Shown here one piece after another: positions 1 through 10,900 of a stretch of 32,000 nucleotides of DNA. The stretch is from Cylindrospermopsis raciborskii Cr2010 (GTDB lineage Bacteria; Cyanobacteriota; Cyanobacteriia; Cyanobacteriales; Nostocaceae): contig NZ_CP065936.1 in assembly GCF_003367075.2 (NCBI RefSeq), forward strand, positions 150,001-182,000, in the 5' to 3' direction. Every line of letters begins with the position of its first letter. The first letter of the stretch is position 1. The notes below the pieces were generated by a model. The model was not told where the DNA came from, ran no database searches, and was given only the letters and a program-made list of their open reading frames with translations. The translations under genes were made by a program, and so were the position numbers.

Positions 1-56
1 CTGCTGCCTATATTACTGGACAAGTATTTAACGTGGATGGGGGTATGGTAATTTAA
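1..56 (+). CDS. fabG: 3-oxoacyl-ACP reductase FabG, C-terminal end only (truncated by window edge)
   Basis: Frame from base 3 reads AAYITGQVFNVDGGMVI*, the characteristic FabG/SDR C-terminus; TAA at 54-56. Confidence 0.82.
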   Translation, partial: AAYITGQVFNVDGGMVI

Positions 57-122
57 AATTCAGAAGATAGGGCCTGCGTCATAGCAAGCCCAAATTGAGT
101 AATAGGATTCATGGATACCCAA

Positions 123-1205
123 TCAAGAGTTACTATGAACCCGTGGAATTAAAGTAGAGGACATAAATAAAACAATAGCGGATGCGGAAGCAAAAATTAC
201 AGGTAAAGTCATAGCTTGTATAGACATAGCTAAAATATTAAAGAACAAGGTTAATGACCATAATATCAAGCTAGCGCGTCGTTGAGAAAAACCCCAAGCC
301 AATAGACGATGATGTAAATGATCCTTACCAGGAGTACTGAGAGGGTTTTTTCCTGCTAGGAGGCGTTTAATAAAAACCTGGGTAGTATCTAAAACTGGCA
401 ACATCAAAAACAAAACCGTTGGTATAAGAGAATAAATGGTACTTTCCTGTAATTTACCTAATATACTTGTAGCAGCTAGCACATAACCTAAAAAATAGGC
501 TCCAGCATCACCCATAATAATGCGGGAGGGGTAAAAGTTGTGGCGTAAAAAGCCAAGAGCTGCCCCCGACAGTGCAGCCAATACCAGAGTTGCTGCGGCT
601 CGATTATCAAACTGGGCAGAGACCCCCAACAAACTCATGGCAGTAATAAAACTAATGCCACCAGCTAAACCATCCATACCGTCCATGAGATTAACGGCAT
701 TGGTAATGCCAACTATCCATAAAACAGTGAGAGCTGTAGACAAAAAGGAATCAATAGGAGTACCAAACATCACCTTGATACTCATACCATTAGCCACCAA
801 TAACAGGGCAGTAATAATTTGTGTCCATAACCGAATAAATGGAGGCAGACCAAACTGGTCGTCTATAAACCCAACCAAAACAAGAATAGATCCACCCAAA
901 AGAATTGTGAGAACCTGGGCTAAAACCCCCTGGAGTTCGATAGGTCGGAAAAGACTGGCAAAGACCACAGCAGCAATTACGCCGGCATAGATAGCCAGGC
1001 CTCCCGCATTGGGTAAAGGTTCCCGATTGAGTCGTCGGGCATTAGGTTGGTCAGCCCAACCGACCCGGAGGGCAAATTGACGAACAGTGGGAATTGAACC
1101 CCAGGTTATGAGCCAAGCCAAAATAAAAGTAAATACCACTGCTAACCAGCCGGTGCCACTAGGGTTAGCAATACCAAGAGCCTTAAGAGAGTTGTCTATA
1201 TTCAT
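123..1205 (-). CDS. Undecaprenyl-phosphate GlcNAc-1-phosphate transferase (WecA/TagO, MraY/Rfe superfamily membrane glycosyltransferase)
   Basis: Polytopic 360-aa protein with DQPNARRLNREPLPNAGGLAIY, NLMDGMDGLAGG, MGDAGAYFLGY and PGKDHLHHRL motifs of this family. Confidence 0.93.
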   Translation of the reverse strand: MNIDNSLKALGIANPSGTGWLAVVFTFILAWLITWGSIPTVRQFALRVGWADQPNARRLNREPLPNAGGLAIYAGVIAAVVFASLFRPIELQGVLAQVLTILLGGSILVLVGFIDDQFGLPPFIRLWTQIITALLLVANGMSIKVMFGTPIDSFLSTALTVLWIVGITNAVNLMDGMDGLAGGISFITAMSLLGVSAQFDNRAAATLVLAALSGAALGFLRHNFYPSRIIMGDAGAYFLGYVLAATSILGKLQESTIYSLIPTVLFLMLPVLDTTQVFIKRLLAGKNPLSTPGKDHLHHRLLAWGFSQRRASLILWSLTLFFNILAMSIQAMTLPVIFASASAIVLFMSSTLIPRVHSNS

Positions 1206-1375
1206 TTCCCCCCATAACCATAACCATTAGTTTGCCAGACCAGTACCAACTGTAATAGTATAGCCTTAGCCAAAACGCTCAGGACAAAGTTGATCGGTAA
1301 AAGTGAGTGCCAGATAGGCGTTCTGGCTTACCTCCCACAGCTGCACCCATTTTTGGTAACTATTTGCTAAATTGA

Positions 1376-3133
<1,758 letters not shown>

Positions 3134-3162
3134 TTGCCGCCCTTTAAGGTAAAATTTTTCAT

Positions 3163-3195
3163 AGTTTGTCTTTTTTATAAGACAAACTTTTTTGT
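3163..3195 (+). terminator. Rho-independent terminator downstream of groEL
   Basis: AGTTTGTCTT (3163-3172) / AAGACAAACT (3179-3188), 10-bp stem, 6-nt loop, followed by a T-rich tract. Confidence 0.85.
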
Positions 3196-3224
3196 TTTTT
3201 TCACCACTTGTCACTAAAAATTAG

Positions 3225-4409
3225 GTGAAATTTCCGATGAATAAGAAACATGCTCGCTCTGGGAATAACAGGAGTAATCGAGGTATAGATGGTGCAAAAA
3301 CCGGTAAATCCTTTACTCAGGAATATTATCATCAACCAGGCACTATTCCAGGGACGATTATCATTCATGAGGATGCCCAACAACCACAAATTGTTTTAAT
3401 GGATTACAACTCAACTGATTTAGTCGAAAGGCGAATCATCAATCCAGAAGAATGTAGTGATTACCTCCGGACACAGTCCGTTTCTTGGGTGGATGTCCAA
3501 GGTTTAGGAAATCGGGATGTAATTCATCGCTTGGGACAAACTTTTGATTTACACCCGTTGATTTTGGAAGACGTAGTCAATATGGCAGAACGACCCAAGA
3601 TTGAAGATTATGAAGAACAACTGGTGATAATTGCCCGAATGGTTGTGCCAAATACCAATAATCGTAGTTTTTATAGTGAACAGGTTAGCTTAGTCCTAGG
3701 AACCCATTATGTTTTAACCATTCAAGAAGAATCAGAGCATGATTGTTTCGACAGTGTCAGGGCAAGAATTAATAAGAATAAAGGTATTATCCGGGGAGAG
3801 AAAAGTGATTATTTGGCTTACTCTCTATTAGATGCCATTATTGACGGTTTTTTTCCAGTCTTAGAATTGTATGGGGAGCGTATTGCTGAGCTGGAGGAAG
3901 AAGTAATTACTAATCCTACATCAGAAACTTTAAAGCAAATATATCAAGTTAAACGAGAGTTATTACAACTAAGAAGAGGAATTTGGCCCCAAAGGGATGC
4001 GATTAGTTCCCTCATTCGTGATGGTAGCCACTTGATTAGCCAAGAGGTAAGTATTTACCTAAGAGATTGTTATGATCACGCAGTCCAGGTCCTGGATATG
4101 GTAGAAAATTACCGAGAATTGGTTTCGGGCTTAATGGATGTTTATATGTCGGCTGTGAGTAACAAAATGAACGAAATTATGAAGCTACTCACGGTAATTT
4201 CATCTATTTTCATCCCCTTGACATTTGTTGTAGGAGTATATGGCATGAATTTTAGTACCGAAAAATCGCCCTATAATATGCCAGAACTAAACTGGTATTG
4301 GGGGTATCCCTTTTGTCTGGGATTAATGGCAGTGATTGCCAGTAGTTTAATGTTGTTTTTTTGGCGTCGAGGTTGGTTAACTAATTCATTTGAAATTAAT
4401 CAAAAATAA
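3225..4409 (+). CDS. corA: CorA-family magnesium/cobalt transporter
   Basis: VSWVDVQGLGNRDVIHRLGQTFDLHPLILEDVVN, C-terminal TFVVGVYGMNF signature followed by two transmembrane helices. Confidence 0.94.
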   Translation: MKFPMNKKHARSGNNRSNRGIDGAKTGKSFTQEYYHQPGTIPGTIIIHEDAQQPQIVLMDYNSTDLVERRIINPEECSDYLRTQSVSWVDVQGLGNRDVIHRLGQTFDLHPLILEDVVNMAERPKIEDYEEQLVIIARMVVPNTNNRSFYSEQVSLVLGTHYVLTIQEESEHDCFDSVRARINKNKGIIRGEKSDYLAYSLLDAIIDGFFPVLELYGERIAELEEEVITNPTSETLKQIYQVKRELLQLRRGIWPQRDAISSLIRDGSHLISQEVSIYLRDCYDHAVQVLDMVENYRELVSGLMDVYMSAVSNKMNEIMKLLTVISSIFIPLTFVVGVYGMNFSTEKSPYNMPELNWYWGYPFCLGLMAVIASSLMLFFWRRGWLTNSFEINQK

Positions 4410-4440
4410 GTCTGATTTATTGGTGAGGATAGATAATTCT

Positions 4441-5157
4441 ATGGTGTTACAAAGTGGTGATCAAAATCTGATTTTGTTGATGGTTTATATTCTATGCCTA
4501 TATTACACCTTCAACCGGATGATCACATCAATTGATGATATGATCATGCTCAAGTTTGAGAAAGAATCTGTCGCCCAACAATTAAAGGAGCAAAACCTAG
4601 ACAACGAAATAGCAATTTCCTGTGGAGGGGGAACCTATTCCTTGGAGAAAGTTAAAGATAATTTAAGACAATTACCCATCAGCATTGAAAACAAGTCAGA
4701 AACTTTTGCTGTATATGTGGACTGGGATAATAGTTCCTGGGTATTTGAACAGAGTAAAAAATCCCGTCGTGTTATTCGCCAATCTCCAGATATGATCCGA
4801 GACCTAGCTATTCCCCAGGTTCCCACAATTATCGCGCCTAAGAAAACTATGTCTGAAACAGTAACTGCTGAGGATATTTTAAAACGAAATAAGGAAAGCG
4901 GAGTATATGAGGTTAGCAAACCATTAGTTGATATAGCGGTAACCAAGGGACAGAGAAATCTCCAGGGTTGGTACAAGGAGTTTATGGAAGGGAAAAAGAA
5001 AATAGAATTCTCCCTGCAGTTGGTATTAAGAATATCGGAGTTACGTACTGGTTTAGCTTCTGGTACAAATATACCACCTGTGTCTATCATAAACTGTCCC
5101 TTTACCATTGAAAAACTACCGTGGACTTATGCTCTACCTTGGAATAAGAGACGTTGA
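4441..5157 (+). CDS. Hypothetical protein with one predicted N-terminal transmembrane segment
   Basis: Open frame on the same strand directly after corA (track start 4390 overlaps corA; internal ATG at 4441 clears it); hydrophobic LILLMVYILCLYYTF then a soluble domain. No family recognised. Confidence 0.5.
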   Translation: MVLQSGDQNLILLMVYILCLYYTFNRMITSIDDMIMLKFEKESVAQQLKEQNLDNEIAISCGGGTYSLEKVKDNLRQLPISIENKSETFAVYVDWDNSSWVFEQSKKSRRVIRQSPDMIRDLAIPQVPTIIAPKKTMSETVTAEDILKRNKESGVYEVSKPLVDIAVTKGQRNLQGWYKEFMEGKKKIEFSLQLVLRISELRTGLASGTNIPPVSIINCPFTIEKLPWTYALPWNKRR

Positions 5158-5187
5158 CCTTAAAGGTAAATAAAAGGTTAAACTGGT

Positions 5188-5570
5188 AGGGGAGAGAGTA
5201 GACGTAGGTGGTTGCAGATTGGTGATTAACACCGGTTTGAGGAAAGTCCGGGCTCCCGAAAGACCAAACTTGCTGGATAACGTCCAGTACGAGCGATCGT
5301 GAGGAAAGTGCCACAGAAAAATACCGCCAGTTTTCAGAATGCTAATTCTAGAGTTGGTAAGGGTGCAAAGGTGCGGTAAGAGCGCACCAGCAGTATCGAG
5401 AGGTACTGGCTCGGTAAACCCCGGTTGGGAGCAAGGCCAGAGAAACTATGGTTGGTCTTTTACCAGTTTCGGCAAATTAGAGCCGCTTGAGGTAGTTGGT
5501 AACAACTATCCCAGACAGATAACTACCCTCGCAAGAGAACAGAACCCGGCTTATGTGCTGCTCTCTCTTT
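5188..5570 (+). ncRNA. rnpB: RNase P RNA (bacterial type A)
   Basis: Universal core GAGGAAAGTCCGGGCTCCC near the 5' end, GGTGCGGTAAGAGCGCACCAGCAG, GGTAAACCCC, AGAACCCGGCTTATG; terminal GGGAGAGAG / CTCTCTC P1 pairing. Ends approximate. Confidence 0.95.
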
Positions 5571-5599
5571 TTTAAAACTTGTAATTCTATTTTTTACTA

Positions 5600-6316
5600 A
5601 TGTCCCGCGTTTACCCTCGCCGTCAACGGCAACTTGAAAGTTTAATCCAAAAGTTGGGATTATCAGCAAATAGTCCTATTAAGTGGCCACTGCTGGACTT
5701 GGCACTTACTCACCCTACTGTTTCTGAATCGGCAAATTATGAACAGCTAGAATTCGTCGGTGATGCTGTTGTTCGTTTAGTAGCAGCTGTTGTCCTGTGG
5801 GAAAGCTATCCTGATTGCTGTGTGGGTGACTTTGCTGCTATCCGTTCCGTTCTAGTGAGCGATCGCATTCTTGCTAGATTAGCCAGGGAGTATGGTTTAG
5901 AATTATATTTGTTAGTGGCAGGTAGTGCCACAGCGGATAATGTTGGGCAGGAGTCTCGTTTAGCAGACGCATTTGAAGCATTATTAGGTGCTCTTTATCT
6001 TAGTACCCAGAATTTAATCCTAATTCGTCCTTGGTTGGATCCTCATTTTCAGGAACTAGCAGAGCAAATTCGTTTAGATCCAGCTAAGCTAAATTATAAA
6101 GCTGCTCTACAAGAATGGACTCAAGCGGGATATAAGGTGTTACCGGAATATCGGGTCGTGGAAGTTAATCAACCCCAGAATCCCCATGAACGTTTTTTGG
6201 CCCAGGTTTGGTTACATGAGAAAATTCTCGGACAGGGGAAAGGAAGATCAATCAAAGCAGCTGAACAAGAAGCAGCTAAGGTAGCCTATTTAGCAATTAC
6301 TCAAAGCGTTACTTGA
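5600..6316 (+). CDS. rnc: Ribonuclease III family protein
   Basis: NYEQLEFVGDAVVRLV signature, second catalytic region ESRLADAFEALLGALYL, C-terminal dsRBD-like QGKGRSIKAAEQEAAKVAY. Confidence 0.88.
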   Translation: MSRVYPRRQRQLESLIQKLGLSANSPIKWPLLDLALTHPTVSESANYEQLEFVGDAVVRLVAAVVLWESYPDCCVGDFAAIRSVLVSDRILARLAREYGLELYLLVAGSATADNVGQESRLADAFEALLGALYLSTQNLILIRPWLDPHFQELAEQIRLDPAKLNYKAALQEWTQAGYKVLPEYRVVEVNQPQNPHERFLAQVWLHEKILGQGKGRSIKAAEQEAAKVAYLAITQSVT

Positions 6317-6389
6317 AAACACGATTGTGTACATTTTTAGGATATATTTTTATCAGTTTGCCGATTTTTATAGTTCTTAAGGTGCAATT

Positions 6390-7166
6390 ATGACGGGTAA
6401 CCCCCCTGCAATCAATCCGAAAGAGATTAGGTCTCTAAGTGAGTTTGTCAGACTGAAAGCTCCAGCCATATTTATTATGGATGCCCATCCAGACTTAGTG
6501 AAAGAAATCCAATCACTACTCAAAATAGATCCAGATGGTTTAGTTGGACCAGTGACTAAACAAGTATTCTCAGAATTTAAAACATTAAATCAATTACAAT
6601 ACCCATTAGGTTTAGGCATAGGTACTGCTCAGGAACTACTAGAATTAAAAGACAAAGAAGAAACAGAAGCGATCAGAGAAGACCTGATTAAATTAGACCT
6701 AAAAGTTAATCCAGATGCAGGTTCTCCCACTGGTCGTAGCATGACCTTACCCGATGGTAAAATAGTTTATGCCAACCAGTATATAGTTGAGGGTATACCC
6801 TTAACTTGGGGAGAAGCAACCAAAGACTGTACTCGTGTTCCTACTAGTGCGGAATATGTAGCCAATGCCATCCGAGTGGCAAAAACCTGGGGGCCAGTGA
6901 GGGAGAAATTTGGCTCACCCATCAGAATTACATCCGGGTATCGCCCACCTGCAGTTAATAGTTCCGTAGGTGGTGCGCGTAATAGTCAGCATCTTTACTT
7001 TCGTGCCATAGATATGATTCCCATGAATGGAGACTTCAAGAAACTGTGGGAGGTCTTAAAGTCTTCCAATTTTTCCGGGTTGGGAGATGCGGTCTTTATG
7101 GGGAAAAACAAGGGGTTTTTTCACGCTGATGTAAGACCCGGTGGTAGGGTAATCTTCCCCTATTAA
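6390..7166 (+). CDS. Peptidoglycan-binding domain plus peptidase M15 (YcbK/D-Ala-D-Ala carboxypeptidase-like)
   Basis: PG_binding_1-like KEIQSLLKIDPDGLVGPVTKQVFSEF; M15 zinc motifs SGYRPPAVNSSVGGARNSQHLYFRAIDM and FFHADVRPGG. Confidence 0.85.
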   Translation: MTGNPPAINPKEIRSLSEFVRLKAPAIFIMDAHPDLVKEIQSLLKIDPDGLVGPVTKQVFSEFKTLNQLQYPLGLGIGTAQELLELKDKEETEAIREDLIKLDLKVNPDAGSPTGRSMTLPDGKIVYANQYIVEGIPLTWGEATKDCTRVPTSAEYVANAIRVAKTWGPVREKFGSPIRITSGYRPPAVNSSVGGARNSQHLYFRAIDMIPMNGDFKKLWEVLKSSNFSGLGDAVFMGKNKGFFHADVRPGGRVIFPY

Positions 7167-7271
7167 GTTGTAAGTAGTTATGGTTTAGGGGGATTACAGG
7201 GAAAGACTGTAATGGTTTTATCTCCACCCCCAGTGGCTAAAAGTAATTGAAATGGCATCTTCGGTACATTT

Positions 7272-7328
7272 GTTCGTTCCTCAGCTCAACCTACGTTCAT
7301 CTTGTGTTTAATTACACTCACCCACTTA
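7272..7328 (-). repeat. Degenerate copy of a dispersed intergenic repeat (AAGTGGGTGAGTG.AATTAAACACAAGATGAACGTAGGTTG...)
   Basis: Reverse complement TAAGTGGGTGAGTGTAATTAAACACAAGATGAACGTAGGTTGAGCTGAGGAACGAAC matches 21228-21283 almost base for base; also related to 15646-15720. Confidence 0.8.
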
Positions 7329-7330
7329 AA

Positions 7331-7618
7331 TTATCCTTTTAGAATCTCATTTACAGTTAACTTCACCTCAGAAAACAAAGGGGAAAAAATCACCTCATCA
7401 CCCGTAAAAACCTGCTCCTCATATAAACCTTCCAGCCACTCCAAAACAGTCACCTTTTGTGCCATCGGATCGACAATCCAATATTCATTAATACCCCGTG
7501 CTGCATACTCAGAACGCTTGTAACGATAATCTCGCTTTTCTTGATTAGGACTTACCACTTCAATCACCAATAAAGGATGGGGCATATCCATTTTTACTAT
7601 TTTAACAACTGATGTCAC
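7331..7618 (-). pseudogene. Uma2-family (DUF820) PD-(D/E)XK-like protein, 5'-truncated/decayed
   Basis: MPHPLLVIEVVSPNQEKRDYRYKRSEYAARGINEYWIVDPMAQKVTVLE is the C-terminal core of Uma2; the N-terminal half is absent and the frame upstream of the GTG reads IDAC*VKVEQK*IVTS with two in-frame stops. Confidence 0.75.
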
Positions 7619-7993
7619 GATCTATTTTTGTTCAACTTTTACTCAACAAGCATCAATTATAACCTATGCAAACTTGGAAAGGTCAAGTATCGTTACAAAA
7701 ATTCGTGAACTACAAGAATAAGGTATGCGCATTGCACTCGTGCACTACTTCTATTCCTTTCTTATGGGTGGCTGTCTGATGCGATCGCATGTAGATGATG
7801 AAGTTCGTTCCCCAATCCAAACTACATTATCCTCTCCATTGCTGTTGCACTACCAACTAAACTATACTGGAACGTGCTGGATTAATCGTTCAAAACCGCA
7901 TTTGTCGCTTTTAACTATCACAACTTGCTATTCCCGATTTAATATCAATCTAATTTTAGTGGAATCAACAGGATTTTCCCGGAGACCAACACC

Positions 7994-10900
7994 ATGAATG
8001 ATCTAGAAAATATTCCCAATCATCACTATGAACCGATCAAAACTATCCTACGAGTAATTGATTTTTCCCAAAGTCAATTTTCCCTGATTTTTTTGCACTG
8101 TAATGATGCTGAATTACGCGAACAAGTAGCAGCGCAATTGCGGGAAAGATCGCCCAACAAAATTGAGGAGATTACTCTACCTCATTCCGCCATAAGTCTC
8201 TATGATAATATATCCCTAACGTTGGATAGACATCCAGAAGTTTTGATGGTCTTTGGACTGGAGACTGTTAACAACCTGGACTCTATCTTACAGTTCTCCA
8301 ACCAAATTAGAGAAGAATTTAGAAAAAACTTTACCTTTCCCCTATTGATTTGGATAGATGATCAAATACTGAGAAAAATTTTGAGAGTTGCACCAGATTT
8401 AGAAACTTGGGGTAGTATTATTGGCACACCTAATTACTACAATGGAGAAAACCAAGTGAAAAGTTTGGCTCAAATTCACAGGTTTTTGGCAGAAGCGGCT
8501 TTAGAAAATCAACAATGGTCAGAAGCTAAAAAGCAGGCACAGTATGCACAAGAAATCTTAACCAGTGTTGACCACATAATTTTACCAGATGATGGTTTAT
8601 ATCACTTGTTGATTGCTCGTTCCCAAATTGGTTTAGGAGAAACTAGCACGGCTATTAAAAATTTAGAAATCGCTAAAACTCATAGTGCGCCTCCCCAGGA
8701 TCCCCAACTCTACATTGAGATTTTAAAAACTTTGGCCAGTTTATACTTTGATCACGGTAATTATTTAGAGGCGTTCTATGTTAGACAAGAGCAACTACAA
8801 GTTGAACAACAGTATGGGTTAAGAGCATTCCTGGGATCATCCTATTTAAATCCCCAACGCCCAATCATGAACGGGACTAATGGTTCCAATGGTCGTTCTA
8901 TGGCATTTGGTAGGGAAGAAGATATCAAAAGGTTATGGCAAAGAATATCAGACAATGAACATCCATTAGTCGTGATTCACGGACAATTTGCAGTGGGTAA
9001 AACCTCAATTATTCAGGGGGGACTAGTTCCTATTCTGGAACAGGAACTTATTGATGATAGACAGCTGTTACCTATTATTCTGCGGGAGTACACAAACTGG
9101 TTAGAAGAATTATGGGAGCAATTATTAAATAAACTAGAGAACAAGTTACAATCAACTATAGCCATAGAAACATTTAATGGATTATCTCCACAGGAGAGAA
9201 TTATTAAACTATTAAACATCAGTGGCGATAAAAATTTATTAACGGTTTTGATATTTGACCAACTTGAAGAATTTTTCTTTGTTGCCAATAACCTAGAGCA
9301 AAAAAGAACATTTTATCAATTGTTACGCTCTTGCCTAGATATTCCATTTGTTAAAATTATCCTTACCCTGCGGGAGGAATACTTACATTACTTACTGGAG
9401 ATAGATAGACTAGTAGATTTAAGAGTTACTAATAATAACATTCTTGACAAAACTATTCGTTACTACTTGGGTAACTTCTCTAAAGCAGTGGCTAAGAGGA
9501 TTATTCAAACTCTAATGGTCAAAGACCAATTTGAGTTACAGATGGAATTAATTGACCAATTAGTTGAAGAGTTGGGGGACAATTTAGGAGAGGTTAGACC
9601 CCTAGAACTACAAATTGTTGGTGCACAATTAGAAAAGGAGGGAATTGATACTTTAGAGCAATATGAACAATTTGGTGGTAAACAGAAACTACTAGAAAAA
9701 TTCTTGCAGGATGTGATTAAAAGTTGTGGACCTGAGAATGAGTCAACAGCTCAATTGGTTTTATACTTGCTCACAGGGGAAAATGGAACTAAACCCTTGA
9801 AAACTCAAGCGGAAATAATAACACAGTTGTCAGTGGAAAGTGATAAACTAGATTTGGTTTTGAAGATTTTCGTTGGTTCAGGTTTAGTATGGCTAGTGCG
9901 AGAATCACTGAGGGATAGATATCAACTGGTTCACGACTGTTTAGTGCAGTTTATTCGTTATCAGTATGCACGTTCATATTATACTCAGTTATCAGCACAA
10001 TTAGAGAGAATTCAAGCAGAGCTTAGACAAGAAAGGGAAGCTGAAGAACAAGCTCAGCTGGTAACTAAGCTGGAAGAAGATGCACTAATTGCTTTAGACC
10101 AGTTTCAAACTGACCCTCTACTATCCCTGGTTACTGCTGTGGGTAATGCTAACTTATTAAAATCCATAGTTCAAAACAATCCTCTGGATAAGTACCCAAC
10201 CGTTCGTCCCATTTATACATTAAATACTATTCTTGACACCATCAGCGATCGCAACATCATCAAAGGTCATGAAGGTGGAATTACAAGTGTCTGTTTTAGT
10301 CCCGATGGACAAAGTATAGGGACTGGTTCCTGGGACAAAACAATTCGGTTATGGAATTTGCGGGGTGAAAACATCCAGCAGTTTCGTGGTCATGAAGGTG
10401 GAATTACAAGTGTTTGTTTTAGTCCCGATGGACAAAGTATAGGGACTGGTTCTGAGGATGGAACAGCTCGGTTATGGAATTTGCAGGGGAAAAACATCCA
10501 ACAGTTCCGTGGTCATGAAGGTGGAGTCACAAGTATCTGTTTTAGTCCAGATGGACAAAGTATAGGGACTGGTTCTGAGGATGGAACAGCTCGGTTATGG
10601 AATTTGCAGGGGAAAAACATCCAACAGTTCCGTGGTCATGAAGGTGGAGTCACAAGTATCTGTTTTAGTCCAGACGGACAAAGTATAGGAACTGGTTCTG
10701 AGGATGGAACAGCTCGGTTATGGAATTTGCAGGGGGAAAACATCCAGCAATTTCATGGTCATGAGGACTGGGTTACAAGTGTGAGTTTTAGTCCCGATGG
10801 TCAAATCCTAGCTACCACCTCTGTGGACAAAACAGTTAGATTATGGAACTTGCAGGGAGAAACCATTCAACAATTTCATGGTCACGAGAACTGGGTCACC

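Noticed and set aside
538-990. 150-aa ORF on + strand inside the WecA/TagO-like gene
   Set aside because: Antisense shadow of a strongly recognisable membrane transferase; no protein-like features.
4635-5108. 157-aa antisense ORF opposite the 4390..5157 ORF
   Set aside because: Composition looks less protein-like and the co-directional frame after corA is preferred; kept only as a caveat in the findings.
5102-5575. ORFs 5102..5314 and 5339..5575
   Set aside because: They lie in the rnpB sequence, which is an RNA gene.
7725-7997. 90-aa ORF whose TGA overlaps the STAND gene ATG (ATGA)
   Set aside because: The overlap looks like translational coupling, but the peptide has no recognisable domain or convincing coding character. 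It lies in a decayed patch; not supported as a gene without comparative data.
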